Shown here one piece after another: positions 19,590 to 27,130 of a DNA stretch of 64,000 nucleotides. Made by a program: the position numbers and the translations under genes. The notes under the pieces are model-generated. The model saw only the letters and a list, made by a program, of their open reading frames with translations, was not told where the DNA came from and made no database searches. Location: positions 124,001 to 188,000 of IMG/VR virus record IMGVR_UViG_3300023174_000036; one strand, given 5' to 3'. Positions within the stretch are counted from its first letter, which is position 1; each line of letters starts with the position of its first letter.

Positions 19590-19786
19590 TCAGCCCGCCC
19601 GCTGGTGCAACTGTCATTCCACAATTCTTGTGCTTGTTTTTTATATTCATTTAATTCGTAGTCGTGTTTGGCTGTTTGATATTGCTCTTCGGTTAGCCCG
19701 TGCCAACCACAGCACTTGCCTGTTGGACTACGCCCACAACCGCATTTGCCAAACTCTTCTGGATTTTCTTTAACTCTTATTTGCAT
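19586..19786 (-). CDS. CDGSH-like Fe-S/Zn-binding small protein
   Basis: CGCGRSPTGKCCGWH resembles CxCxxS...CDGSH; start moved to MQIRV at 19786. Confidence 0.5.
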   Translation of the reverse strand: MQIRVKENPEEFGKCGCGRSPTGKCCGWHGLTEEQYQTAKHDYELNEYKKQAQELWNDSCTSGRAE

Positions 19787-20153
19787 TTTTATAGTTTCCT
19801 TTTTCTGGTATAACATGTCTAACTCCTCCACGGGGATCTTGCATATCTCCCTTACGTCTTGGAATCATATGAACGTGTGGATACATTACTGTTTGACCAG
19901 CAGCCTCGCCACAGTTTTGTCCGACATTGAAAGCGTCCCACTTGCCTGATTCGACACCCATGTAGCCAAATTTGTATGCGGCTTTGTAGCAGTCCCAGAG
20001 ATGGTCCCAGTCTTCTTTGGTAGGCACAAAAAGCAAATGTCCTTCTGTGACAGGGTATGCATCTCGAAAGACCCAATAGTCTTTAGTTCGGTATTCAATA
20101 CCGGTCCACGGTGCTCTGTTTTCATCAAGTGCTCTTTCAAGATCTGTCGCCAT
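19770..20153 (-). CDS. HIT family hydrolase
   Basis: YPVTEGHLLFVP, NCGEAAGQTVMYPHVHMIPR histidine-triad motif. Confidence 0.9.
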   Translation of the reverse strand: MATDLERALDENRAPWTGIEYRTKDYWVFRDAYPVTEGHLLFVPTKEDWDHLWDCYKAAYKFGYMGVESGKWDAFNVGQNCGEAAGQTVMYPHVHMIPRRKGDMQDPRGGVRHVIPEKGNYKNANKS

Positions 20154-20322
20154 GGGTCATTGAGTTAAGTTGGTCTTCTAAATATTTTTTATATTCTGTT
20201 AATGCTTCAACTTTGCGCGGACTAGAGCCGTCTGCTTGCAATTTTTTAATATCGTTTTCAACTATATCAATCTTAGTTTGAAAATCAGCAATCAATATTT
20301 CTGGTGGAGTTGGATTTGCCAT
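20137..20322 (-). CDS. hypothetical protein
   Basis: AAGGA RBS, coiled-coil-like. Confidence 0.55.
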   Translation of the reverse strand: MANPTPPEILIADFQTKIDIVENDIKKLQADGSSPRKVEALTEYKKYLEDQLNSMTHGDRS

Positions 20323-20331
20323 ATTATTCCT

Positions 20332-20592
20332 TTACTTGTTTGTACCAATTCGTAAGCCTGTTATGCTTCCAAATAGTAAGAAAAATGCACACCATGTTTC
20401 TACTGTTAATGGTATCTGCAACACAGGAAATAGTGTGTTTAAGCTCCATATTCCTACAATGGGGCCAAACACAACAACAATCACAATTAGTGCAATGCCT
20501 AAAATTAATTTAATAAATGCTGATGTCATAACCAAAAATCCTCCCAAGGATAAACTAACCAACAATCTTCTTCTGCTTTGTTTACAGTCCAT
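20332..20592 (-). CDS. small membrane protein
   Basis: Two hydrophobic segments; likely start MTSAFIK. Confidence 0.55.
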   Translation of the reverse strand: MDCKQSRRRLLVSLSLGGFLVMTSAFIKLILGIALIVIVVVFGPIVGIWSLNTLFPVLQIPLTVETWCAFFLLFGSITGLRIGTNK

Positions 20593-21017
20593 ACATAATA
20601 GTCTGGATCTTTAAACTGACTTGATTGATTGTGTGTTAAAACTGCAAACCGAACATTATCTCCCCAGATGCCTTCCCATTTAGGATCGTCGGAAAAACAA
20701 CCACTTGGCCAATCTTGTTTAATCCAATTAACAGTGGATCCTTGATCGTTAATATCATCGACTATAAGAATCTTTTTACCGTTAAATGCATCTTCGGCCA
20801 TACCCAAATTACTAACACAATCGCCGCCGTCTCGAAGACTAACATCTAAACTGTTCATTTTAGTGCCAGTATATTGACTAAGCAAATTAGCAGGAACAAG
20901 TCCACCTCTAGTAATGCCTACTATATAATCCGGACGCCAATAATGAACGTGCATCTGCCTAGCAATTTCTAAACATGCACCTTCTACTTGTTGCCAAGTA
21001 TAATGAATTTTTTTCAC
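20526..21017 (-). CDS. type I phosphoribosyltransferase
   Basis: IVGITRGGLVPA, ILIVDDINDQGST PRPP-binding motif, WLVYPWE. Confidence 0.9.
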   Translation of the reverse strand: MKKIHYTWQQVEGACLEIARQMHVHYWRPDYIVGITRGGLVPANLLSQYTGTKMNSLDVSLRDGGDCVSNLGMAEDAFNGKKILIVDDINDQGSTVNWIKQDWPSGCFSDDPKWEGIWGDNVRFAVLTHNQSSQFKDPDYYVWTVNKAEEDCWLVYPWEDFWL

Positions 21018-21250
21018 GCTGTTAGCCCGTTTGCAAGTGATTGCAGTTCTTCTTTAGTCATAAAGAAGTTATAGGTTTGTGAATCACGCACAAGTCCATC
21101 TTCGTCTAAGGACTCTTGAATAATGTCCAAACTAAACAAACCCTTTGGAGCAAGTACTTCGTGTTTTTCTAATCGTACTCTAGATCCGGCGTTTTCTCTA
21201 ACAGTTATTTTTTTAGCAGTATGCGCTACTGATTCATGCAGTTCTTTCAT
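21014..21250 (-). CDS. hypothetical protein
   Basis: Coupled ORF. Confidence 0.55.
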   Translation of the reverse strand: MKELHESVAHTAKKITVRENAGSRVRLEKHEVLAPKGLFSLDIIQESLDEDGLVRDSQTYNFFMTKEELQSLANGLTA

Positions 21251-21663
21251 TATTCATCTCCTTTAATTGATTCGAATGTTCTATACTTACCCAATGCCGT
21301 AATGTATTCATCATACAGTTTCTTTAGCTTCGGATGCTTCTTTTCAAGTATAACATCTCTTTCAGGAATTTGCAAGACTTTTTCAATGGTGTTTAACCGT
21401 TCTTCTAAGTCTCGACCATTAATAACCATTCGACCTTTGACTTCTAATTCTGGAGGATTATTTTTGGCAACCAATACATCGGGAGTTATCCAATGTGGAT
21501 GAGCACCGGTTCCTGTAGTGGTATAAATCTGACCACTAACACCGCCAGCTGGGTAAACTGTTCCAACTGTTAGCGGAGTTGCAGGCGGAATAGCACCGTA
21601 TCCGACAGACACAGTGCTACCAACTAATCCATTACTGACGACGTTCTTCAAGGTAGTTGTCAT
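21250..21663 (-). CDS. hypothetical protein
   Basis: Thr/Gly-rich N-terminus, C-terminal HPKLKKLYDEY resembling YPGLKIAYEKF of 22053..22475. Confidence 0.6.
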   Translation of the reverse strand: MTTTLKNVVSNGLVGSTVSVGYGAIPPATPLTVGTVYPAGGVSGQIYTTTGTGAHPHWITPDVLVAKNNPPELEVKGRMVINGRDLEERLNTIEKVLQIPERDVILEKKHPKLKKLYDEYITALGKYRTFESIKGDE

Positions 21664-22087
21664 TATGAATCCATTTGTCTTTAACGAGGAATCCCCATTC
21701 TCTCGTTTGTGGACCTGGCATAAACAAGGTCCAAGGCGTTACGCCTTCTTTTAATTCAATTCGGTGATAGCTATTAGCACTACAAAATCTAAAATGTCCA
21801 GGTCCGCGCCATTTACGTATTTCGCAATTTCCACTGAGTACCCACTCATAATACCCGCCTGCTAGTATTAGTGTAAAGTACGGCCACGGATGATCGTGTA
21901 CATCACCGGGATCACCTTTGTGAAACTTGTGTAAGAACACATTGAATGGAAATGTTTTTCGATCTTTTAAAAACAAATAATAACGAGTTAACAACGGCTC
22001 GTTACACTGACGATCCATAATAACTCGTTTGCGATCATGTCGCTCTAACCAGTTAAGGCTTAGGTCTTTTATCTTTTGGAGTATCAT
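21632..22087 (-). CDS. cupin domain protein
   Basis: LHKF...HDHPWPYFTLILAGGYYE...SYHRIEL cupin motifs. Confidence 0.75.
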   Translation of the reverse strand: MILQKIKDLSLNWLERHDRKRVIMDRQCNEPLLTRYYLFLKDRKTFPFNVFLHKFHKGDPGDVHDHPWPYFTLILAGGYYEWVLSGNCEIRKWRGPGHFRFCSANSYHRIELKEGVTPWTLFMPGPQTREWGFLVKDKWIHNDNYLEERRQ

Positions 22088-22475
22088 AGTGATCTGTTAC
22101 TAGTTTATAAGTTGTTACAAATTTTTCGTAGGCTATCTTTAATCCAGGATATTCTTCACACATTTTTTCAATACGTTTAAAATCAGGAAAACAATTGACC
22201 CACTCTTCCGGAAAATTTATTGTAAACGAAGAAGTATCTATGCTAGTTATTGCACCAAGTTGTGCAGTAGTCAATCCTGCAATTTGTGTAGTAGTAATTG
22301 TTGAAATCGATGAACTACTATAATAACTAGGATAAGATACTACACAAGGATTATAACCAGTTAATGTAATAGTATCACTGTTATATGTATTGTGACAGTT
22401 TATACCACTTAAATCAATAGTGTACGTATCATTTAATGTTATCGATGAGTCCGGTTGCTGAGAAGAACTGCTCAT
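22053..22475 (-). CDS. hypothetical protein
   Basis: Ser/Thr-rich, C-terminal MCEEYPGLKIAYEKF. Confidence 0.6.
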   Translation of the reverse strand: MSSSSQQPDSSITLNDTYTIDLSGINCHNTYNSDTITLTGYNPCVVSYPSYYSSSSISTITTTQIAGLTTAQLGAITSIDTSSFTINFPEEWVNCFPDFKRIEKMCEEYPGLKIAYEKFVTTYKLVTDHYDTPKDKRPKP

Positions 22476-23541
22476 GTAATGCCTCCGTTTGTTTATGTAT
22501 AGACGGAATCATATGCGTGTAGTTATCCATATATTGGATTATCTTTGCGCATAAATTTGGTCTATATGTTGTGTAGGACTCAAAATTTTCAGTCCATTCA
22601 CTAGGATATTTAAATGTATCAAAGTACATTTCAGTATAACTAAGTCTATCAGGCACTAGTGGTATAGCATCAACTACTGCACCTTCGTAGCAACTAATGC
22701 CTAAAGTTTCTTGTAAGTTAGCACTAAACACCATCTTTGCTTCGCCTAACAAGTTATGATATTCATTTTTTGTTAGATATTGATCTTGGCAAACTACAAA
22801 TTCGTATTGTGGTAAATGAGTAGCGAGATCTCTAAAAATTTCAACTTGTTTTTCTGGAGCAATCCTGTGCGGAAATAAAATTAAGTCACGCTTAGGCATA
22901 CCCTTGTACGGTAACAAAGTATCGTGCATATATTCCATGGGCCAACCAGTACGTATAATTTTAGTATACTCGCCGGCTAGTATCTCACTCAGTTCCTCTT
23001 CATACCAGGGATTTTCTGTTTGGAACCCGCCATTAAGTAATTCCCTATGAAATAACTCAATATGAAAATTGGTAGCAAAATAGTTGTGATCAAATGCGTG
23101 GAAGAAACTTTTCTCCGCATTACGTACCCAAGGTTTGCCTCCAACAAGACGTCCTAGGAAATCTTGAGGATCATAACTGCCAGCATGCCATAAGCCATGT
23201 AAGGTCCAGTTAAAGCCTAATAGGTCCGACATATATTTCAGTTGGATCACAGTGGGGTTCCACGCATCTGTAAAGATAAAGTGATCGTCGGGACTGGTCT
23301 TGCCTTGATTGTGCTGTTCCAAGAACGCACACATTTGAGCACTCTTCCAATAGTTAGTATCGGAGAAGTTTAAGAACGCACCCGGAGTCAGTTGGCTGTT
23401 CTTCTGAACACCATCTACTTGAACCACATTAAACTTGTCGCCTAACTTGTTCTTGAGTAGTGCTGGCACATGACTGTGCCACTGTGCTGTATAGCGAGTC
23501 TCAATGGGCTCCAGTGAGAATATCCATATTGTTGATTTCAA
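22429..23541 (-). CDS. GT-B fold glycosyltransferase-like protein (TTG start)
   Basis: FPHRIAPEKQ and LQETLGISCYEG resemble GT4 nucleotide-sugar binding motifs; AGGAG RBS. Confidence 0.7.
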   Translation of the reverse strand: MKSTIWIFSLEPIETRYTAQWHSHVPALLKNKLGDKFNVVQVDGVQKNSQLTPGAFLNFSDTNYWKSAQMCAFLEQHNQGKTSPDDHFIFTDAWNPTVIQLKYMSDLLGFNWTLHGLWHAGSYDPQDFLGRLVGGKPWVRNAEKSFFHAFDHNYFATNFHIELFHRELLNGGFQTENPWYEEELSEILAGEYTKIIRTGWPMEYMHDTLLPYKGMPKRDLILFPHRIAPEKQVEIFRDLATHLPQYEFVVCQDQYLTKNEYHNLLGEAKMVFSANLQETLGISCYEGAVVDAIPLVPDRLSYTEMYFDTFKYPSEWTENFESYTTYRPNLCAKIIQYMDNYTHMIPSIHKQTEALHEQFFSATGLIDNIK

Positions 23542-23559
23542 AGTTGTCTCCTATACTAC

Positions 23560-23588
23560 ATTATATAGTAAAGTGGGGTATAGGTCAA
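23560..23588 (-). promoter_or_regulatory. sigma70-type promoter for the glycosyltransferase
   Basis: TTGACC-17-TATAAT then AGGAG. Confidence 0.75.
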
Positions 23589-23606
23589 ATATATTTTGCT
23601 CATTCT

Positions 23607-23852
23607 TCAACTCCACCTTAACGCAAACCATGTGGCCAACTTGGGATCTTTGACTGTGATGGTGGGCACATATTTTGGTGCTAGGTTAAACCCTTCAAAC
23701 GCTTCATGTCCTTGTGGATACATCCGCTCACGCTTATAGAACCAAGTATAATCGTCGCTGTCATAAATGCTGGTCATGTTGCCTCTACCAATATTTTTAT
23801 ACAACCATTCAATACACCCTTCGGGTACACCTTGTGGAAACTCTACTCTCAT
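23607..23852 (-). CDS. hypothetical protein (island cassette)
   Basis: 81 aa ORF ending in junction repeat. Confidence 0.6.
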   Translation of the reverse strand: MRVEFPQGVPEGCIEWLYKNIGRGNMTSIYDSDDYTWFYKRERMYPQGHEAFEGFNLAPKYVPTITVKDPKLATWFALRWS

Positions 23853-24160
23853 ATATTTCCTAATCCAACTCTACTATAACCTAACTTGGACTTAATCTCT
23901 TTACGGTCTCGGTTCTTCTCTGGTTTCCATGCTCTAGGATCAACAGTTTCGCCCGTTAGTTCATAACGAAAATCTGGATCGTAGACCATATAGCCTAACT
24001 TGTTCCATTTGATTACGCCCGCATCAAAAAGAAAGACGCATCCACGACACATACAAAAACTGGCACCATTATCCGACCACACATTACCATTGACTGTGCC
24101 CACATACTTCACAACTTTTCCTGTGTTCATTTCTTTAAGTGCTTCGTAGTAATCAATCAT
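23849..24160 (-). CDS. hypothetical protein (island cassette)
   Basis: 103 aa ORF starting at junction variant. Confidence 0.6.
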   Translation of the reverse strand: MIDYYEALKEMNTGKVVKYVGTVNGNVWSDNGASFCMCRGCVFLFDAGVIKWNKLGYMVYDPDFRYELTGETVDPRAWKPEKNRDRKEIKSKLGYSRVGLGNI

Positions 24161-24303
24161 TCTTGTTCCATCTTACTAAAGTCAGGATCCCGGCTGTACC
24201 CGATATTAAAGTTACCGAGTTTCCACCAAAGATAGCGTCCACCATAATCACAGGTTTGTACTGTAAATCCAAGAAACTTAAAATGTGTAGTCCATTCAAT
24301 CAT
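24157..24303 (-). CDS. 48 aa hypothetical protein (not in ORF track)
   Basis: MIEWTTHFKFLGFTVQTCDYGGRYLWWKLGNFNIGYSRDPDFSKMEQE between two junction repeats. Confidence 0.55.
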   Translation of the reverse strand: MIEWTTHFKFLGFTVQTCDYGGRYLWWKLGNFNIGYSRDPDFSKMEQE

Positions 24304-24616
24304 TCTTCACTCCTAGTAATTCTTTGATCAGGGTCTTTTTATCTTCAGTTGACATACCATCAACTCCGAAATGTTCTTTAATCCTGTCCTTGATAACTTC
24401 AGAAACATTGCCATTGATACCGTCTTCACGAGTATACCAAACCTGTTCAATACATTCTCGAACAATCAACTCGGCGAACTTTTCAAACGAATCGTTTGAA
24501 TCAAAAATCACACCGGCATCTTCTTCGTATTCTTTGCCTTCTAAATTGTTATAGTTGATCCTACGCATAAAGTCAGCACCAGCCTGTACAGCAAGTTCTC
24601 GAATTCGTTCGTTCAT
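24296..24616 (-). CDS. hypothetical protein, MNERI(R/K)ELA family
   Basis: Shares MNERI.ELA, FAELIVRECI, IKEHFGV with next ORF. Confidence 0.75.
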   Translation of the reverse strand: MNERIRELAVQAGADFMRRINYNNLEGKEYEEDAGVIFDSNDSFEKFAELIVRECIEQVWYTREDGINGNVSEVIKDRIKEHFGVDGMSTEDKKTLIKELLGVKND

Positions 24617-24828
24617 TCTTCAACTCCGAAATGTTCTTTAATCTGGTCAATACACTGAGAACCACCGTTAAGCCAAGTGTCAACTGATTTAGGGACAGGA
24701 TCACTAATAACTTGTTCACAACATCCGATACATTCCCGAACAATCAACTCGGCGAAATATTCAATAGATTCTTCATCCTTTCTTAGGAAATTAGCCTGTA
24801 AAGCAAGTTCTTTAATTCGTTCGTTCAT
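24613..24828 (-). CDS. hypothetical protein, MNERI(R/K)ELA family
   Basis: Tandem paralog of 24296..24616. Confidence 0.75.
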   Translation of the reverse strand: MNERIKELALQANFLRKDEESIEYFAELIVRECIGCCEQVISDPVPKSVDTWLNGGSQCIDQIKEHFGVEE

Positions 24829-24831
24829 TCT

Positions 24832-24990
24832 TCAACTCCCGACTGTTAATCGTTTAGTCACCTTGCTATACCTTAGCCAAACGATTTTTGATCCATAACG
24901 GAACCTAAATCCAAGGCTACTTTTATCACCGATCGGATAAAAGTTAAAACCATTGCGGATCACTCCGCCTTCCTCTGTGATATGTATCAT
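24832..24990 (-). CDS. 52 aa hypothetical protein (not in ORF track)
   Basis: MIHITEEGGVIRNGFNFYPIG...VGS; ATGA overlap with endonuclease stop, ends in junction repeat. Confidence 0.55.
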   Translation of the reverse strand: MIHITEEGGVIRNGFNFYPIGDKSSLGFRFRYGSKIVWLRYSKVTKRLTVGS

Positions 24991-25587
24991 TTCTTTTCCT
25001 TACAGTTATCAAAGTGGTATCTCTTCATACCGCTAACTCCGCCTTGTTTAGCACAGTGAGGACAAACAAGTACAGGTTGTAGTGTTCCTTTCAGCGAAGT
25101 AGAAACACCCAATCTACCAGAAGGCAATCCCTTCCTACGCTTATTTGATTCTGATATATGTGGAGCAGGACCAGTTGCCTTGCCCTTGTTCCAAGGTGTT
25201 ATACCTTTCTTATGGATAGCATTGGCTTTACTTGTACTGGGCATTTTAACTCCAGCAGGAGCACCATCTAATCCATTCTCCGGAATCATATTAGCCCATA
25301 CTTTCTTGCCACGGGAATCTACAGCATCTACTATGTTATGGAATTCACTAAAGAATGTAGCAAACTCTACCAACTGATCCATGTCAGTAAATTCTTCACA
25401 CCATACAGTTGTGATATCTTCGCTGTGTTCTTTTAAGTGTCTCAACCAATACTTACCAGAACCCAAATAGGTCTGTGGGTCCTTGGTAGTCTTGCCAAAG
25501 TATCGTAGTCCAGTGGTATTGTGTTGCTTGATATAAAGCCAGGTTGGCTTAAATTCCGGTGATGGAATATTACTATAAATATTCATG
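24987..25587 (-). mobile_element. GIY-YIG (Seg-like) homing endonuclease gene with NUMOD3-like repeats
   Basis: WLYIKQHNTTGLRYFGKT, YLGSGKYW, PWNKGK, ISESNK, C-terminal CPHC...HFDNC; likely start MNIYSN at 25587 behind AGGA. Confidence 0.8.
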
Positions 25588-25649
25588 CTGATAGTTCCTA
25601 ATAAACTGTTAGAGTCAGTGGATGTTGGTAGCATCGCGACTGGCACTTT

Positions 25650-25657
25650 TATTTATA
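25650..25657 (-). promoter_or_regulatory. canonical T4 late promoter TATAAATA driving the endonuclease
   Basis: Exact TATAAATA overlapping the stop codon of the truncated GT fragment. Confidence 0.7.
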
Positions 25658-25928
25658 CAGAACAGTTAGAAAGAATAAGACTGTCGCCGGAATGAACGGC
25701 TCCGTTACAAAATAAACGGCCCATTTGCTCAACCTGACTAGCCTTGTATATATTGGTACCACCAAAATTAAGGAAAGCACCAGGAGTAGTGGCTGTAGGA
25801 ATATCCTCAGGGCCAGAGATAATTTGAACATGGTGTCCTGCCTTTTTAAGAAGTTTAGGCACATGGGATTTCCATTGTCCCGTGTACCGTGTTTCAACAG
25901 CTTCTAGATCAATTATGAATATGTTCAT
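25653..25928 (-). pseudogene. orphan N-terminal fragment of a glycosyltransferase homologous to 22429..23541
   Basis: LEAVETRYTGQWKSHVPKLL and TPGAFLNFGGTN match LEPIETRYTAQWHSHVPALL and TPGAFLNFSDTN; frame ends after about 82 homologous residues. Confidence 0.8.
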
Positions 25929-26173
25929 TGGTTTCTGTTAACAAACGGACGATTGCCTTGATAAGGTTTTTTCTCGCCGGTCCATGCTTTCTTTGGACGC
26001 TTGCTCTTTTCGTAGTTGCGCCACACCCAACTTTCTCTATTGTACAAGTCGGCTTCGTTGTAAGGGAACAATTCAATCCTACAGAAGTTAAGAAAAGATT
26101 CTAGTTCATCGAAAATCTTAACGATATCCGGGCGAGTTTCAAAATAATTGATGTCTTTGTAATTCTTAGCCAT
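25925..26173 (-). CDS. hypothetical protein
   Basis: AAGGA RBS, ATGA-coupled to GT fragment. Confidence 0.65.
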   Translation of the reverse strand: MAKNYKDINYFETRPDIVKIFDELESFLNFCRIELFPYNEADLYNRESWVWRNYEKSKRPKKAWTGEKKPYQGNRPFVNRNQ

Positions 26174-26184
26174 TGTAGCTTTCC

Positions 26185-26589
26185 TTAGTACTTAATAAAT
26201 GAACCATTTTCTCCGTCTTCGGAGACTTCAATCCAGACCTCACGGTCTGGATACTTTTGTGAAATAGTGTCGTACAATTCGTCCGACATCATTTCGCAAC
26301 TCTTGTGATCTAGCGACAAAACACCTTGTGTGCTAGAATACAGTTGTTCAAGCCATCGCTTGAATTGTATGAATTCCACATCTCGGTCATTGTGGGTAAC
26401 ACTAAGCCATACCCTAAAATGAAAGATGTGACGATGAGGATAACCCAGAAACGATACATCATATTCATCTCCTGTAGCTAAGTTAGGGTTTGTTAATGCC
26501 GCTGGGTATTTGTGAATACCCTCCTTACGAAATGTAACCCAAATCATTTTGTTAGGGCGGATGTCTTGTTTAATAATCATTTTAGTCAA
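26185..26589 (-). CDS. QueD-like T-fold protein (DpdL-like candidate)
   Basis: FLGYPHRHIFHFRV, DVEFI.FK, SCEMM, EVSEDGENG; lacks the CxxxHGH of canonical QueD. Confidence 0.65.
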   Translation of the reverse strand: MTKMIIKQDIRPNKMIWVTFRKEGIHKYPAALTNPNLATGDEYDVSFLGYPHRHIFHFRVWLSVTHNDRDVEFIQFKRWLEQLYSSTQGVLSLDHKSCEMMSDELYDTISQKYPDREVWIEVSEDGENGSFIKY

Positions 26590-27130
26590 AGAACCTTTCT
26601 CTAGATTGAGATGTACGAGAGATGCTTATAATTTTTTTCATAGATTTAACTGGAATTCTAATCCTAACAGAATTTTCATGGCCCCAGCAATCTCCAACTA
26701 GATACTTATTAGGTCCATAAATGTCTTTAGAAGAATTGCCTTGCAATACTTGTTTGGCAATATAATTATAGTCTTGTTCAAATTTTTCTTGTATTTCGTT
26801 ATCAGTCATATCAACATTTATAGGTTCTTTAGTAATCCTAAAAATTGGATCTGTTAAAACTACTTCTTGTTTCTGAACTTTTTTATAGATATCAGTTTTA
26901 TTCCACGGCAAAGTTTTTATATTATCTATAGTTATAGAACCTTGAGAGTACGACGAATTGCTGTATATACTATGACTTTTTATTTCAGTACCTTCTGTTG
27001 GCATATCTACAGGCCCAACACGATCTATAATATTTCCTGCTTTTTCGTATGCGTCTTCGATAAATCGACCGTCAGAGCCGTCATTTCTTTTTTTTGGTAG
27101 CAGTGTTCCTGCCGGTATACGTTTAATCAT
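26582..27130 (-). CDS. PD-(D/E)XK nuclease-like protein
   Basis: GRFIE...G...GPVDM...TEIKS spacing like MutH/NaeI-type nucleases; start moved to MIKRIP at 27130. Confidence 0.45.
   Translation of the reverse strand: MIKRIPAGTLLPKKRNDGSDGRFIEDAYEKAGNIIDRVGPVDMPTEGTEIKSHSIYSNSSYSQGSITIDNIKTLPWNKTDIYKKVQKQEVVLTDPIFRITKEPINVDMTDNEIQEKFEQDYNYIAKQVLQGNSSKDIYGPNKYLVGDCWGHENSVRIRIPVKSMKKIISISRTSQSRERFFD

Larger units (their letters stand above)
23600..24839 (-). repeat. dispersed junction repeat GGAGTTGAAGAATGA
   Basis: Exact copies at 24825-24839, 24613-24627, 23600-23614; variants at 24300-24313 and 24157-24169. Confidence 0.85.

Noticed and set aside
23290-25680. Group I intron interrupting the glycosyltransferase
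   Set aside because: Not favoured: the insert holds seven ORFs, a new promoter and a complete replacement 5' gene half, and I could not recognise group I core elements. RT-PCR would settle it
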